NCBI GenBank assembly: GCA_004022145.1
Contig: RCNU01000008.1
Origin: Paecilomyces variotii
Taxonomy: Eukaryota
Length of the DNA stretch: 64,000 bases
Strand: one strand, 5' to 3'
Part shown: one piece after another, positions 1 through 12,869 of the stretch
Position numbering within the stretch: position 1 is the stretch's first letter
Layout: each line of letters opens with the position of its first letter
Notes under the pieces: generated by a model
Database searches by the model: none
What the model was told of the DNA's origin: nothing
Seen by the model: the letters and a program-made list of their open reading frames with translations, nothing else
Made by a program: the position numbers and the translations under genes

Positions 1-373
1 AGAGGTCGACATATGGAAGGCCCAATCTCTTCAAGCTTTTCGCACACGCTTCCTTCACATACTCCGGGTCGCCTCTGATCTCCAGGGAGCCGTCAGGCTT
101 CGGATGCAACGCGAACTTGGTTGCCAAGAAGATGTCCTTGCGTTTTTCGGGGTTGGCCGCAAACCATTTGCCCAGCAAATCCTCATTGTCCATGTAGATG
201 TCGGCCGAGTCCCAGAAATGTTCACCAGCCTCGTATGCGGCATCCAGGACTGCAAATCGCTCGTTGTCAGGCTTGGGAGGGCCATAGAAGGCGGATAGAC
301 CCATACAACCGAAACCGATGCGGTTGACCTCAGGGCCGTTTCGACCGAGAGGGGCTTTCGGGATTGACGCCAT
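1..373 (-). CDS. Aldo-keto reductase (YakC-like), N-terminal part; runs off the window start
   Basis: Not in the ORF track. Manual translation from ATG 373 gives MASIPKAPLGRNGPEVNRIGFGCMGLSAFYG...FWDSADIYMDNEDLLGKW...DIFLATKF...SLKRLGLPYVDL, with the AKR GxGCMG, DxAxxY and ATKF motifs. Confidence 0.93.
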   Translation of the reverse strand, partial: MASIPKAPLGRNGPEVNRIGFGCMGLSAFYGPPKPDNERFAVLDAAYEAGEHFWDSADIYMDNEDLLGKWFAANPEKRKDIFLATKFALHPKPDGSLEIRGDPEYVKEACAKSLKRLGLPYVDL

Positions 374-1528
374 TCTTTTTCAGATGTTATGTTTATTCGG
401 AATCAATTGAATGCTGCTCGAGTTATCGTGACGGGGGCTGGATTTATATTTTGCTGGATAGGAAAAGACAACAGCTGTGTCCGTGGATTTAAACAATGCT
501 GAGTATTACAAAACCCAACAATTCCACTTCTCGGAGATAAATTGAGGAGTTCTTGGGGCGCGCTGGGGCTGGAGTATATCCACAACCAATGGATCGCCAT
601 GGTGATAACACATATCGTCACAACTACGGCAGAGATTGCGTGACTAAATTTTAGTATGCTCCACGCGGGTATATGGACGTTGATATAGCTTATTATTATT
701 GGAGTCTACTAGTTATACTCTGTACAGTTATAACATGCAGAGATATTGGAAGCAGGCTGAGAAAGGGAAATATCACATGGAATTCTCAATAAAGGAAAGG
801 TTGCCAACAATAAAAAAAAATCAAACATGAGAATCTATGGTTATTTTGCACACGTCATTCGGATTCGAATTATCCCAAGCTGACAAATCACCAAACGCAA
901 GAAGTTCCAATTTCTACAGAGTTTCTGTCAACTTCTATATCGATGCCGGATATTAGCGTTTATCTCCGAGGTATCTCCTGGATTGCTGTACATCTATCTA
1001 TATAACGTTAAGTGGTGTAGAGAACAACTCATCGAATCAGTCCCCTCTATCAATTACAACGCCTGTGTCGCCATGCAGGCTTAGGACCGACCGTTGTCAG
1101 AGTGTAAAGTGGCATGATTACTTGACATTTATGTTACAGATTTTCTTCAAGAATTCTGCTGCGTCTGTCTTTATATATCTGCCCTAAGCGTAATTTTTAA
1201 AATTCAACAGATGCCGGTTTCCTTGTAAACGTGTATAGGAATAGCGCTTCAACGGTGTAGAGCCTGCGCGTCCCAGATTAGAAATAACCTTTATATCGTC
1301 CATGGAACTCAATAATATTCGCCGCCATTACTGATGCTCGACTTCATAGAGGACACGAACAACTTTTCTTGTCCGTTGCAAACGGTCGTTACTATATGAC
1401 CCTTTCCACGACTATCAACACGCTCGAACTAAGTGAGTTGTTTACATCAAATTGATTGTCCCATCTTTTGAATCATCCAGTCTTGGGGTCTCCAAGGTTA
1501 TTGCCGCAGTGAATCTAACGTCATAACT

Positions 1529-1843
1529 ATGGACGACAAATCAGGAGAAATGGCTGCTGCTACCAGCAACAACGCTCCTGACAACTCAGATGATGAGATA
1601 TCTGAACAAGAGATCAGACGATTCCAGGATATTTCCCACTTGTCATATCCCGAAGCGAAAAGCATTCTCATACGTCACCGCGCGAATGCGTCGCGCAAAA
1701 GGATCTCTGATGCTCATTGGGAGCGAGTGAAAGCCCAAAAGGAAGCTGAGGGGTTCGATAGAGAAACATACGAGTATGCCAGTCAAGCTGGGTTGATATA
1801 CCGTCAAGATGATCGTGATTCTCGTGACACCGACACAGGTTAG
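1529..1843 (+). CDS. Small hypothetical protein (104 aa)
   Basis: ATG-initiated ORF with protein-like charged/helical composition (ISDAHWERVKAQKEAEGFDRETYEY); no family confidently recognised. Confidence 0.5.
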   Translation: MDDKSGEMAAATSNNAPDNSDDEISEQEIRRFQDISHLSYPEAKSILIRHRANASRKRISDAHWERVKAQKEAEGFDRETYEYASQAGLIYRQDDRDSRDTDTG

Positions 1844-2765
1844 TCACATAATTGCGGCCTTCGGATGAAGTACTTTGTAAATCTAGAAAGGCCGCTCTTG
1901 ATTCTCCCCAGGCCATTCCAAAACTTGGCTGCGACTCTGCAGATACTAGCTACTGGTGTCTCGGATCGCGAGTGCACTTTCTTTTGTCTTACTGCTGCTG
2001 GTGCTGCAAAGGAGAAATAGTCACGTACCTTACATGACTCGGATGACGTTTAGATTGGTTCTGATATCAATCCAAATTTTACGCCAACACCACACTCAAA
2101 ATGCAGAACATCATCTTACCCACTCTGTCTGGTATCTTTTCTGCGGCACACTCAAGTATGCTGAAGTTCTTGTGACGAACCTGTCATCTCTGATAGCTCT
2201 CTTATCGAGCCATCTATGACGGCAGGAGGTAATTTGAGACAGCTAGAAGGAACTCATAGTGCTCCTGTTAATGGGTCTCTATATGAATGACAATAGCATC
2301 ATGGAGTGAAGAATCTTATCAGATTAGATCGATGAGTAATTCGGACTTCCTCTTCGGGCTCAGACTTGCTTACATAAGTGCGGGCGAGCTTGCCTTGTTC
2401 TTCCTTGCTTGGCCAGAAACGCCTCATTCCGTCAGCCTCGCGTTTCTTTGCGATCTCTTCTCTTCATCTCGATGTCTCTTTCGAGGATGCAGAGTGTCGT
2501 GAAGTGCCAAACACTACGCTACGCCCTCCGGCGTTGACTAACGAGTAACGACTGACTCCACCGTTCTCATATCGCTTGAGTTCCGCGCACGCGACTAGGA
2601 CCGTGGACTCGGCCCCCGCCACCCTTTCACAAGAGCCATTGACCGCCGCACGCCTGGGAGAGACACACTGCGAACGCCCCGGAAGCTATACATTGGGCCG
2701 TGAAGGCCGGTACTTGATCGAATTGGGCTTTTCAAAGTGCCTTACGTCTCATAGACATCTCCGAG

Positions 2766-4525
2766 ATGACCGCAGACGCTCGGCAGCCCATCAACAGGCG
2801 GGGTTCTTCAACCCAGCATTACCAGACATTCGCGACATCGCCCCCAAAATCCAGAGGCCGTCCCAATTCTGGGCAATCTGAATCATCCCAAGATGCCTCG
2901 CACGACCAGCACAATGAGGGTGCCGACACCTCTACCCGTTCCCCATTGCCGGTTAAGCAAATGCTCGTGCTGGCAATGATTGCCTTGTCGGAGCAAACAG
3001 CGTTGAATTCGATCAGCCCTTACTTACCAGACATGGCCTCATCATTCCCAGAGGTGGAAAAGGAGCAAGTCGGGGTCTACGTCGGTACGATTGCTTCCGC
3101 TTTCGCTCTCGCGCAGTTTGTCACCAATTACTTCTGGGGCTGGCTGTCGGACAGAATTGGTCGGAAACCAGTCATACTCCTTGGAACCTTGTTGACGGCA
3201 GCATGCTTCGTTGCATTTGGATTCTGCCGTACCCTGTGGCAAGCGATTGTGGTGCAGGCCTTGATGGGTGTAGTGAACGGAAACCAAGGCCTGGTGTCGA
3301 CGTGTCTGGGTGAGATCACCGATCGCAGTAACCAGTCTAAAGCATTCACATATCTGCCTGTGCTTTATGGGATTGGAGGAATAACTGGACCCGTCCTGGG
3401 TGGATTGCTGGTCTTCAAGAATAACCCTTTCAACAAGGATCAACCGAATCCGTATCCATATATTGGCCCGAACCTTCTCTCCGCCGCTATCTTGCTCGTC
3501 GATTTCATCCTCACAGTCATATTTCTCGAAGAAAGTCTCGAAGATGCGGAAAATCTGCCAGATTTTGGACAGAGAGTTCGTAACCTCTTCAGCTGGCTGT
3601 GGCAATTCACTAGCTCGTCGCGTCCGACGTATCTTCGGGCTCAGTACAGTGGTCCCTATAACTACAGACCTGTCTCCCACCCCGACCATGACCATGACAG
3701 TGACCTTGATTCGGTATCGGAATCTTCTCAAGGTTTCCACACTCATCACGAAGAGCTTACGAAGGATGAGATCTTCAACCGGGATACTGTTCTCCTTCTT
3801 CTTACGTACTTGATCTTCGCTCTATGCAATGTGTCGTTCAACTCTCTATATCCGATCTTTGCACAAGCTGACCCGCCTTCTGGACGCGATCTATCCCCCC
3901 AGGAGATTGGACTCTCCCAAGGGTTCGCCGGAGTTGTGACCATCATCTTTCAGATCTGCATCTTTGGAAAGCTTAGGGACAAGATGGGCAACCGCTCATC
4001 GTACCGTGCAGGCCTGCTTGGCTTCGCTATATCATTTGTCCTCATGCCGTTTGTCGGTTACAAGAGTAAAGAAGGTGGTCTGACGACCCAGTCTGCGCTT
4101 CTCGCCGCTGAGTTGTGCTTCGTATTGCTAGTGAAGACCGTGGCTGCTGTTGGTGGATTAACCAGCGCTCTCCTGCTGGTAAGTATCCCATGATGACTAT
4201 GATGAACATCGCTGACATCGCATGTTAGATCACAAATACTGCTCCAAATCACTCCGTCCTTGGAGCCCTCAATGGCCTTGCCCAGACCCTTTCAGCGGCG
4301 GGTCGTGCAGCCGGTCCGTTCCTTTCTGGTGGCCTCTTTTCACTTGCTCTCAAGCTTGGGCACAAAGGCGAGGTTTTGGCATTCGGCGTCTTTGGTGCAG
4401 TAGCATTTGTTGGCTTCATTCTGAGTTTCGGAATCCGTTCCCTGAGCCTGGAGGCACAAGGCTGGGGCGGCAATGACGACGATGACCATTACAAATCTGA
4501 CGAGGAAGAAGGCCCCTCCACTTGA
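2766..4525 (+). CDS. MFS transporter (ZIFL1/YCR023C-like)
   Basis: MFS motif A (WGWLSDRIGRKP) and multiple hydrophobic segments. Intron 4179-4228 (GTAAGT..CTGAC..TAG); exon 2 reads ITNTAPNHSVLGALNGLAQTLSAAGRAAGPFLSGG to TGA 4523-4525. Confidence 0.92.
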
Positions 4526-5125
4526 TGACCGCTAACCTCGTTTCGCGGACGAGTTTATGAGCATGATATGTCTGTCCTTTCCGTTTTGAGCGTTAGTTTT
4601 TGTTCTCGACTGCAAGATTGTGCAAAAAGTGACTTCGGTCTGTAGATGAGTTGTGTTGGCGGCTGATGTTTCTCTAGAACAGATACGTTTGTATCTTTTA
4701 GATGTCTGTATCTTTGTAGGGAGTGTTGAAGGTTTTCTCTTGTGTGTGGGTCCCGGATCCAAGAGACCGTGTATGACTAGAATACCCAATATATATTCCC
4801 CATTTTGACATTTGTTCTTCTGTTCTGGTCGCAATTCACTACAGCAACTATACTCATTGCTTGAGATACGTACAGGAGTATTAACCGGTCGATCAATCCA
4901 ATAAAATTATCGCATTATCGGTGAAATATCAATTCTTAAGTGAAAGGAATTAGACATTCTTTTTCTCTCGGGTAGAATATAACTCAAACATGAAAAGATA
5001 GATATGAAACTCCTCGTCAAATTTACAGTGTACCCAAGACAAAATAAACCATGCCAAAAGAAGAAGTTGAAAAAGGAAGAAAAATGACCAGTACGATTGA
5101 CTATACAAACCTCCCCTTTTATCCC

Positions 5126-8100
5126 TCAGATCCATTCGAGAACATACATGAATGCCTCGCCCATGTATCCGTTCAAAAGCGTCCCTTGACAATATTCAAT
5201 CAAGTCGTTATCCGGGATACTGAGGGATTCGAACTTTTCACGTTCCCCACCTCCGCTGCGCGCGTGGATGCGTCTATCGATCTGCTCGCGGAGCATTTCC
5301 TTCCCTGGGGCAATGACGAGGTATGTCGCGAAGGGACGAGAGGGCGGCGAGACGGATACGTATTCTTGCATTTGGGGGGTGATCCACTCGGTTGTTTGAG
5401 TGTTTTCTTCCTCTGAGGATTCTGACGGTGGTGATGGCTCCGAAACGGAGCTGTCTAGTACCATGTATTGAATACTGACGTCGGCTGAGAACAGGATGAT
5501 GGTGTTCACGACGGAGCTGAGTTTCATGCGGAAGGTGGTGAAGTTGCGTTGGTCGAGGAAGAAAGTATATGAGGAGGTAATATTTGCAGTGGAAGAGTTG
5601 TTTTTGGTTTTTGATGCGATTTTCGCTAGGGCTGTATCGTTGATTAAACTGGGGCATTTTGGTTTTATGGCGACGGATTTGGATTGGCGAAGTGTGATGG
5701 ATGGGATGCATCGAGGTTTATGCGTGGGCATGTGCTTCTTCTGGCAGTTTTCAGAGCAGTATCGGACCATGTGGCAGCCTGGGTTGTTTTGGTTAGTATG
5801 TTTGTTGGATTCCGGGATAATTTACTGTGAGGAAGGATGGAGAAAGGAGGCAGCTAGTGTCTTACCATTGCATAGACTCTTTGTGGGAGATTGACAATTT
5901 CCACATGGCCCTTCCTCGTTTAGACCCCATGCCTTCTTCTCCGCTGAAAGCACGTCTTGGCGATGGCGCAAGTCAGCTACTCGCTTCTGAGCATAGTCCA
6001 TGCGTCTTCGGGAATGATGATCCGGCGGAGTCTTCCGGGCGATTTGTATGAGTTGACCGTATGCTTGAATGGCCTGCTCCAATGCGTCGAGATGTTCGCA
6101 GGAAACGCATAGCGCACTAAGGGCATCGAGGGTTTCAGGGGCGTCAGTTCCCTTGACAGAGGTCAAGGCCTCGAATAGGCTTTGGAAGAGATCAACGGCG
6201 TCTCTGTTTAGATTTGCGTCCATATATGCTCGACCAAGGCCCTGCAAGACCCTCAGGGACTGCGGCTGTCTCGACCGTCGGTAGTGGTCCAGGATTTCCT
6301 TGACGTCCGGCGAGAAGTCGAAATTGTCCGAGGTCTTGAGGTATTTTGCAATGGCATCCCTCGTCATTGAGCTGTCGATACCAAAAACACTCCTGCAGTA
6401 TGGAATCATCTTCCGTGAAATATCTCGCGACTCTTCGTTTAGCCCCAATTTTTGATAGAGCATAGACAGATTATCCATCGCAGTCAAGGTATTCTCATGT
6501 TGGAGACCGAAAACTGTTTCCAATGCTGGGACGACCATTTGGAAGAGGAGAACGGCCGTTTCAATATCACCGAGAGAGGTCTTGATGGTAGCAAGATCCT
6601 GCATGCTGCCCAACGTTTCCGGCGCATTCTGACCCAGTGTTTTCAAGCGACCTGCGAGCGAACGGTCGTATAATTCTGCCGCCTCAGTTGCGTATCCGTC
6701 TTTCTCGCACAATGTAGCCATATCGTTGAGAATGCAGAAGTTCCTTGGATAATCACGGCCAAAAGTCCTCTTGTATAACCCAAGCGCTTCGAGAAAGCAC
6801 CATTCTGATTCTGAAGGTTGGTTCAACCTTTCATATATGCGACCCAGTTCATGCAATATCCCTGCCCTGGACATGCGGTCAATATCTAGGGCCGGATTCT
6901 CATTGTAAATGTTGAGCATGTCGAGATATTCGGCGGCAGCATCTTCCAGATTGCCTCGTTTAGATTCCGACTCTGCTCGAGATTGTATAGTACTAGCTTT
7001 CGTCCTTAATGGAGTGGACGAGATACATTCGCTGATCTGCAAGTATAGGAAAGCAATCTGCTCCATGGAGAGTACCCGTTGCCGTCCACAAACATCGTTG
7101 GCGAAGGAACCATCTGAAGCTGTACGAATGTGAACGAAGGGCCCAGGAGCGCCCTTGGGCGAACCTCCATAGCCGCTGTCTGAGTCCGAGATATCACCCA
7201 CTCTTATTTTCAGTGCGGGAGAATCTCTGCCACTGCGACTCTCGCTCCGTTCACTGGCATTAGTGCCGGATTTAATCGAATCATTATCACTCTTTAGCCG
7301 ATTTGATACGATGGAAAAGCGAATGGCTCCCTTCTTGATCAACTTCTTGCCAGCAGAAGTACTACTACTGTGAGATAGGCCTTACAGCGGGTGAGCGATC
7401 ATATTCCGAGTTTGGGTAGCGAGACTACTTACTTCGCGATATTTTCTTGCCGAACACTGATCGAAAAAGGGAATCCTTCTTGGTGTTGTCTCCGTCTGCA
7501 GTAGCCCCCGAGTCACAGGAGGCATCGTCCTGGTATTCGCCCACCTCGCTGGGCTGAAGAAAGGTTTCCTCGCAAAGGGTGGTGACCGTTGTCTTGTCTG
7601 CATCTGACCCAGTAGTGGGAGCATGGGCTGCTTCCATGTTAGAAGATTCAGTTAGAACAGCGACCTGTTGAAAACACTCACAATTAGTGCTCATCTCAGT
7701 AATTGTCATTAACTGACTGATCGGAGACAGCGGCAGAGTCCCGCCGTAGCCTTCTTGCAGAATGCCATTTGGAGCATGAACTGACAACGGTCAGTTGACG
7801 AGATCTTGTGGACAATCGATATGTGGCAGTAGTCTTACCGCGTTCGAGTTCCTCTGCACTGGAAAAGCTAATAGCAACCAATTCGTCATCGTCTCTTTGG
7901 GGATTCTCTATAATCACATCAGTCCCCTCCAACTGAAGTGTTTCGAAGCCGTGCCGACCTACTTCTTAGAGGCCAGGACTCTCGCAGCTTCTGAGGCCCA
8001 CGTAAGATTGTAGAGGACGGCTTCTTGGTGACGGCGGTTTCGATCGTCGGTATTGGAGCTTGCGGTGGCATGGGGCCCGATCTGCCCGAGGATGCCAAAC

Positions 8101-9673
8101 TAGGGCTCCTACTGTGATCGGAGCTGGTCGAGTCCTCAGAGCACTCCCGCAGCTGACGGTATTCCATGTCGTCATGCCAGTCGTAATGCGCATCGAGCTC
8201 ATAGCTGACCGAACTTGTTAGCATGAAGAGGACAAGAAAAGAACAGCTTGGAGTCCACTCACGAAGTATCATATCTCAGTCCACAATGAAGACACTCGAG
8301 ATCTTGGGTTTCGTCTAGGAACCCATCAGATATGATCTATCAATGGAGACAGGGTATGACTTACGCATATTCTGATGTGCGTCCCGATCATTCTCATTGG
8401 AGAACTGCTCTCCGCACTTTTCACATGCGACTCGGAACGGCTGCGCATCCAAGGGTATTAACCTCTTTTCGACCCGATAGCCCCTCTTGATGAGCCTAAT
8501 ATGATGGCCAACCAGGTTAACGCGACTTGCAAGACTAGATACAAACCCTAGCCTGAGGGATGCTTATTGTTCGACGGAGTAATCGACCTACCGGTCCCGC
8601 GTCATAACGTATACGACTATTGCGCTGCCAGGACAATACTTCGTAAGGTGATGTTGCTTCAATTCGGCACTAGGAGAATGTCAGAATGACACGGGTATGG
8701 AAGCCAGTTCTTTGGAACATACGACGAGGAGTATATAGCGTCACAGTCCGGACAGAAGCACTCGCACATCTGATTTCCGCCATCGCTCTTCTCTGTGTAA
8801 GGAGGGAAGAAACGCAGCGCATCTTGGAAACTGTCCACGGCCGATGGCGTCTCATCCGAACCTACACGATCTTATCAGTTTCATGATAGACAAAACATCC
8901 AGTCCCTCTCCTGAGATATATCCATACTCTTTAGTGTCTTCCCTGCCAAAGATAACAGCACTTCCGGTGCGCGTAAAACCCCATGTCGAGATTTCCTCGC
9001 ACGGATGCTGCTCCCTAATCCGTTTTCAGCGATACCTGCATGGAGCCGTTGTTGTCGTTCTATATGTGATTGACGATGGCCTTCGAACTCATCTCTGATT
9101 AGAAAGGTCATTAGTTGCTGCTGGTTGTCAATCGAGAAAAGGGATACTGAGGTCTTCTCACCGGTCAATGAAGCTCTTTGCACAATGATAACAATGCATC
9201 TTGCACGCAATTTGAAACCACGCCAGCCCAACATACGCATACGCTCAAAGAACCCGTGGAGCTTGGAGAGACGCCATCTTTTAATCAACGGGAAGGGCGG
9301 TGACGATGCCTTAGGTCCCGCCACTACATACAACCGGCCTTATCCTCCGGTGGATTCTCCAAGGCTCCTATGGCGACTTGGGATGGACGACAGATGCGCA
9401 TAGTTCCGTGTCTCAAGCTGGTATGGAAACTCTGAATAGGATCCCCTCGCATTAGCAGTGGGCCGCGAGCCAAGGGAGAGGCCATCGGTCCGGATACAGA
9501 GCCAATGGAGAGTTTGAGAATTGGCGTCGATCGAGAATAAGGTCGCTATGAACAGCACAAAAGGCAGTAGTATTGGGCGATAGCGGAAATGCATCACCAA
9601 GATTGGGTCGAGTTGACCTGTTCCCCTTGCCATAAGTATCAGGGTCCGTCTCCCCAAAACTCAGCCAATCCAT
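5126..9673 (-). CDS. Multi-exon protein with four C2H2/C2HC zinc fingers, kinesin-light-chain-type TPR repeats and a MYND zinc finger
   Basis: Spliced fingers: CYHCAKSFIDR|DEFEGHRQSH, CPDCDAIYSSS|AELKQHHLTKYC, CEKCGEQFSNENDRDAHQNM|H, CLHCGLRYDTS|YELDAHYDWH. TPR exon 5866-7380 (e.g. LGQNAPETLGSMQDLA, FGLQHENTLTAMDNLS). MYND CGNC..LCNG|CHMVRYCSENCQKKHMPTHKPRC spans intron 5779-5865. The most 5' exons and the start (ATG 9673) are uncertain. Confidence 0.72.
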
Positions 9674-12599
9674 ACGATTGCCAGACTGGTCCAAGCTGTC
9701 AGGAACCACAGTTGCTAAAGTCGCCAACCGAACCTAGGCGGTGCTGGGCGGGATAAAAAAAGGAATCTTCCGCACACTGTTCCACGGGTTAGAAACAACC
9801 AGTGGGCCATCATGGGGAGGTTCAGTTCATCTGTGTACGCTAAAAGCTCTCAGCTTTGGCCCCTTGCGTTGTCTTCTTCCCCACAAAAGACGGACGGCGC
9901 AAGTTACTTTGACCACGGCGAATCTCGACCGTCGCAGATCATCCGCCAGTCGCTTTGCCCAGTGCGACTTGTATTCTTTTCTGTCTCTGTTTCCCAGGAT
10001 AGCCGTGCACCTGTCATATCTTTATTTTTCGATAGTGGCCGGACAGGGCTGGTTAATCGATGAATTATCACATGGACTACTCGTGGTCTGCAGATCATCC
10101 TTGCAAATGTCGGGAAATTCAAAGGATCAGCACTGATTTACAGCAGTCGAACTGCCATCTGTGGAGTCATAATAATAATAGTAATACACTTTGTGCGATA
10201 TGCATCCATCTATGTATCCCTAGGGATCGATCGATAGTTCGTTACGAGATGACCATTAACACATAAGAAAGTCAGCGCCCTTAAGGGTTGCTCTCTTAGC
10301 GTCCTTATCGACCACATCTTGCAACGAGGATTCGTCAATGATGGCCTTGAAATAGTCCAGGCAAGTTTGTCGCAGAGAACTGAGGAGTCCTGGTATGCAA
10401 GAAACAGCCGCAGGCAGCAATGATTGCAGGCGATCGCACCGGCATCTAGCCAGCTTCAAGAACAAACTAGCTAATGTGCAGTGTCTATATTGAGACGCAA
10501 TGTGGCCGGCCCTACAGGAATCTACGGCGGCGACATCTGTGCATACCTTCTGACGATTATTAGCTCTGACTGGTGTGCCCTGCGTGTCGGTAATGCAATG
10601 ACCATTGTCGAAACGACTTCCACAGAATCCCTCTATCATGCCTGTCCAGCTGTCAACTTCAATTGCAGATAAACCCCCTGTGTTCCAGAACTCGCCATTG
10701 TGGTCAATTGAGATTCTCTTCAGCGGTGTCTGCAGCAATCGCTAGCGATATGTTGTGCGCAGTTGTCAAAATACTCTATCTATTGTTGTTGGAGCAACCC
10801 AGGGCAGGCCGTCCGTTAGATTCCGACTCGATACGTTCATAATATGCCCAACCCTGTTGTCCGAAACCAGGAGAGTCTCGGATTATTGTCTTTTGAGTTG
10901 TAGACTATCTCCCTTTCTGCCGTCATCCTGTGTTGGCGATCTTCGGGAATTTCTCGGTGGGGCCGTCCAACAATTCCATAAGTAGGGACAATTATTAGGT
11001 GGGCTCAGCCCTCTGTTTAACGTAACGTCACTGCTAACTAGGTACTTAGGTCCTGGACGCCAGCTCGCTTACTCGAGACCTGAACTTCGAAACCGAAGGT
11101 CGACTGCTTATCTTTACTGCACGGTGACTCGTGGAGAGATAATCCCGGAAATGCCTTCCGAAAGACGACAGATATGGTGCAGTGAATTTCCGAATCAGTA
11201 GTGATACCTGCTCAACCTCTACTTACACATGCTACAGCAAAACTGCCAGACCTCAGTAGACAGATATTATTACATCCAGCAACTAACGATCGATGAGGGT
11301 GGGTTCACTTTTAATAAACCAACTCGCTTCTAGACCCGCAAGGCCCTGGGGAACCTTTACTCATCGATGGCTGGTGTCAAGTAATCAACTACTAGATTAA
11401 CGATTCCCAACTGAAGAGCCGATACTGATAGATGATGACATCGGATTTTCTACATGATGGTCTTCTTTCTTTTTCTCAACTCTGCCTTACTAACATCTCT
11501 GGCCTAGAACCACCTCGGTTGCTTCCGGGTTCCCTCAGGACTCAGGATAGTCTGGTCTAGATACCCCGCACCACCAACCAAACCAGATTGATTGCGAACT
11601 GAACTAGGATTAAGCTTGTTCGTGCTGCTATCTCTCATTCTTCCCCGACGAATATCCCAGTTTTCGATGCTCTATCGTATGCGACTAAGGAGTTCTTGTT
11701 GTATTAGATTAGGTTTCGAGGTTCCTTTCCTACCATGCGATTCCATGCAGTCTGCTACGCATGAACTTGGTTGGAGTTGCGCACGATGTGCAATCTATAA
11801 TGACTACCGTTTCTTCCCACGTGTAAGATATCTGTGGGTTCAGGATGGGACAAGTGGCCAGATGTGGTCAGATATGGGCAGCTAGAGACAAAAGAGGTTC
11901 TTCTCGAGCATGCCAAACCACTCGAAGCCCTAAGCTTCATAGTCCAGTCCAGAAAATTGTGAATGTCCACACTGATAGGGTTCTCTGCGTCTTCCTGGAA
12001 CCTTGGCCATGGACTAGGTTCTGTCGACCGTAGAGACATGGAGCACTGGACGAACGGTGATGTTACGGGATATAGGACATCGAATTCTGGTATCCCCACG
12101 AAAAAGAGCCGTAGAGTACTATAGCTACGAGGGCCAACCCGGTTGAGTAACCTCTGTCTAGCATAGAGGATGCAATAACATCTGACAGTTTTGATACGTG
12201 AGAGAGATGTAGATCGTCCAGTGCAGTTGCGAGACGCCCGATGTTGACTGCCGATTGCAACCACTGAGCTCTCGCTCTGTTTCGCAGCTGAAAACGGCTT
12301 TCTTGACGTTAATCAGGCCGGAGACAGAATGCGAATTCCCATGAATTGTCTTCAGGATGCTCCGTAGTTGGGATCATTAAGCTTCGTGGCTTCCCTCGCT
12401 ATTCTGCTGCGCGTATCGTCATCGACCTGCTTTTCTGTACACGCAACAACCACAGGAACCACAGACCCCGCTCGGATCGAACAATTTGAAAGGAAATCCT
12501 GCGTGATGGGCATTCCTAACCCCATCCGTATGGCTTGTTCGCTCCATGAGGAACTACTACGGCGCCAATGGATGCGGGCGCGATGCTAAGCTGTCAAGG

Positions 12600-12638
12600 T
12601 GACGTCCCGGATGTACTTAACTAACGTCATTTTTACGT
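12600..12638. promoter_or_regulatory. Cluster of CRE-like (ATF/CREB) half-sites upstream of catA
   Basis: TGACGT 12600-12605, ACGTCA 12624-12629 and TTACGT 12633-12638, about 230-270 bp upstream of the catalase ATG. Confidence 0.45.
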
Positions 12639-12869
12639 TCCGCGCGACGCTCAACAAGAGATACAACAATGACGGGCTCAGCAGTACATAAAGCACGCTG
12701 CCATCCATTCACGGCACGATGATTTCTCATGTACAGACGAGCTGGCTCTATTATTTATTAACCCCACACGGTCGCACCAGGTATCGGTTATTCAGTCCCC
12801 AATTGTTCGATCCAGGATAGGGAAGCCTAGCGCAACTCAACTGCTGAGCAGAATATCACACACAACATA

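Noticed and set aside
3042-3749. 235-aa antisense ORF inside the MFS gene
   Set aside because: Fully overlaps a well-supported gene on the opposite strand and has no motifs.
10256-12264. 160-aa and 169-aa minus-strand ORFs between the TPR gene and catA
   Set aside because: Non-ATG starts and no recognisable domain; treated as intergenic, though decayed remnants cannot be excluded without blastx.
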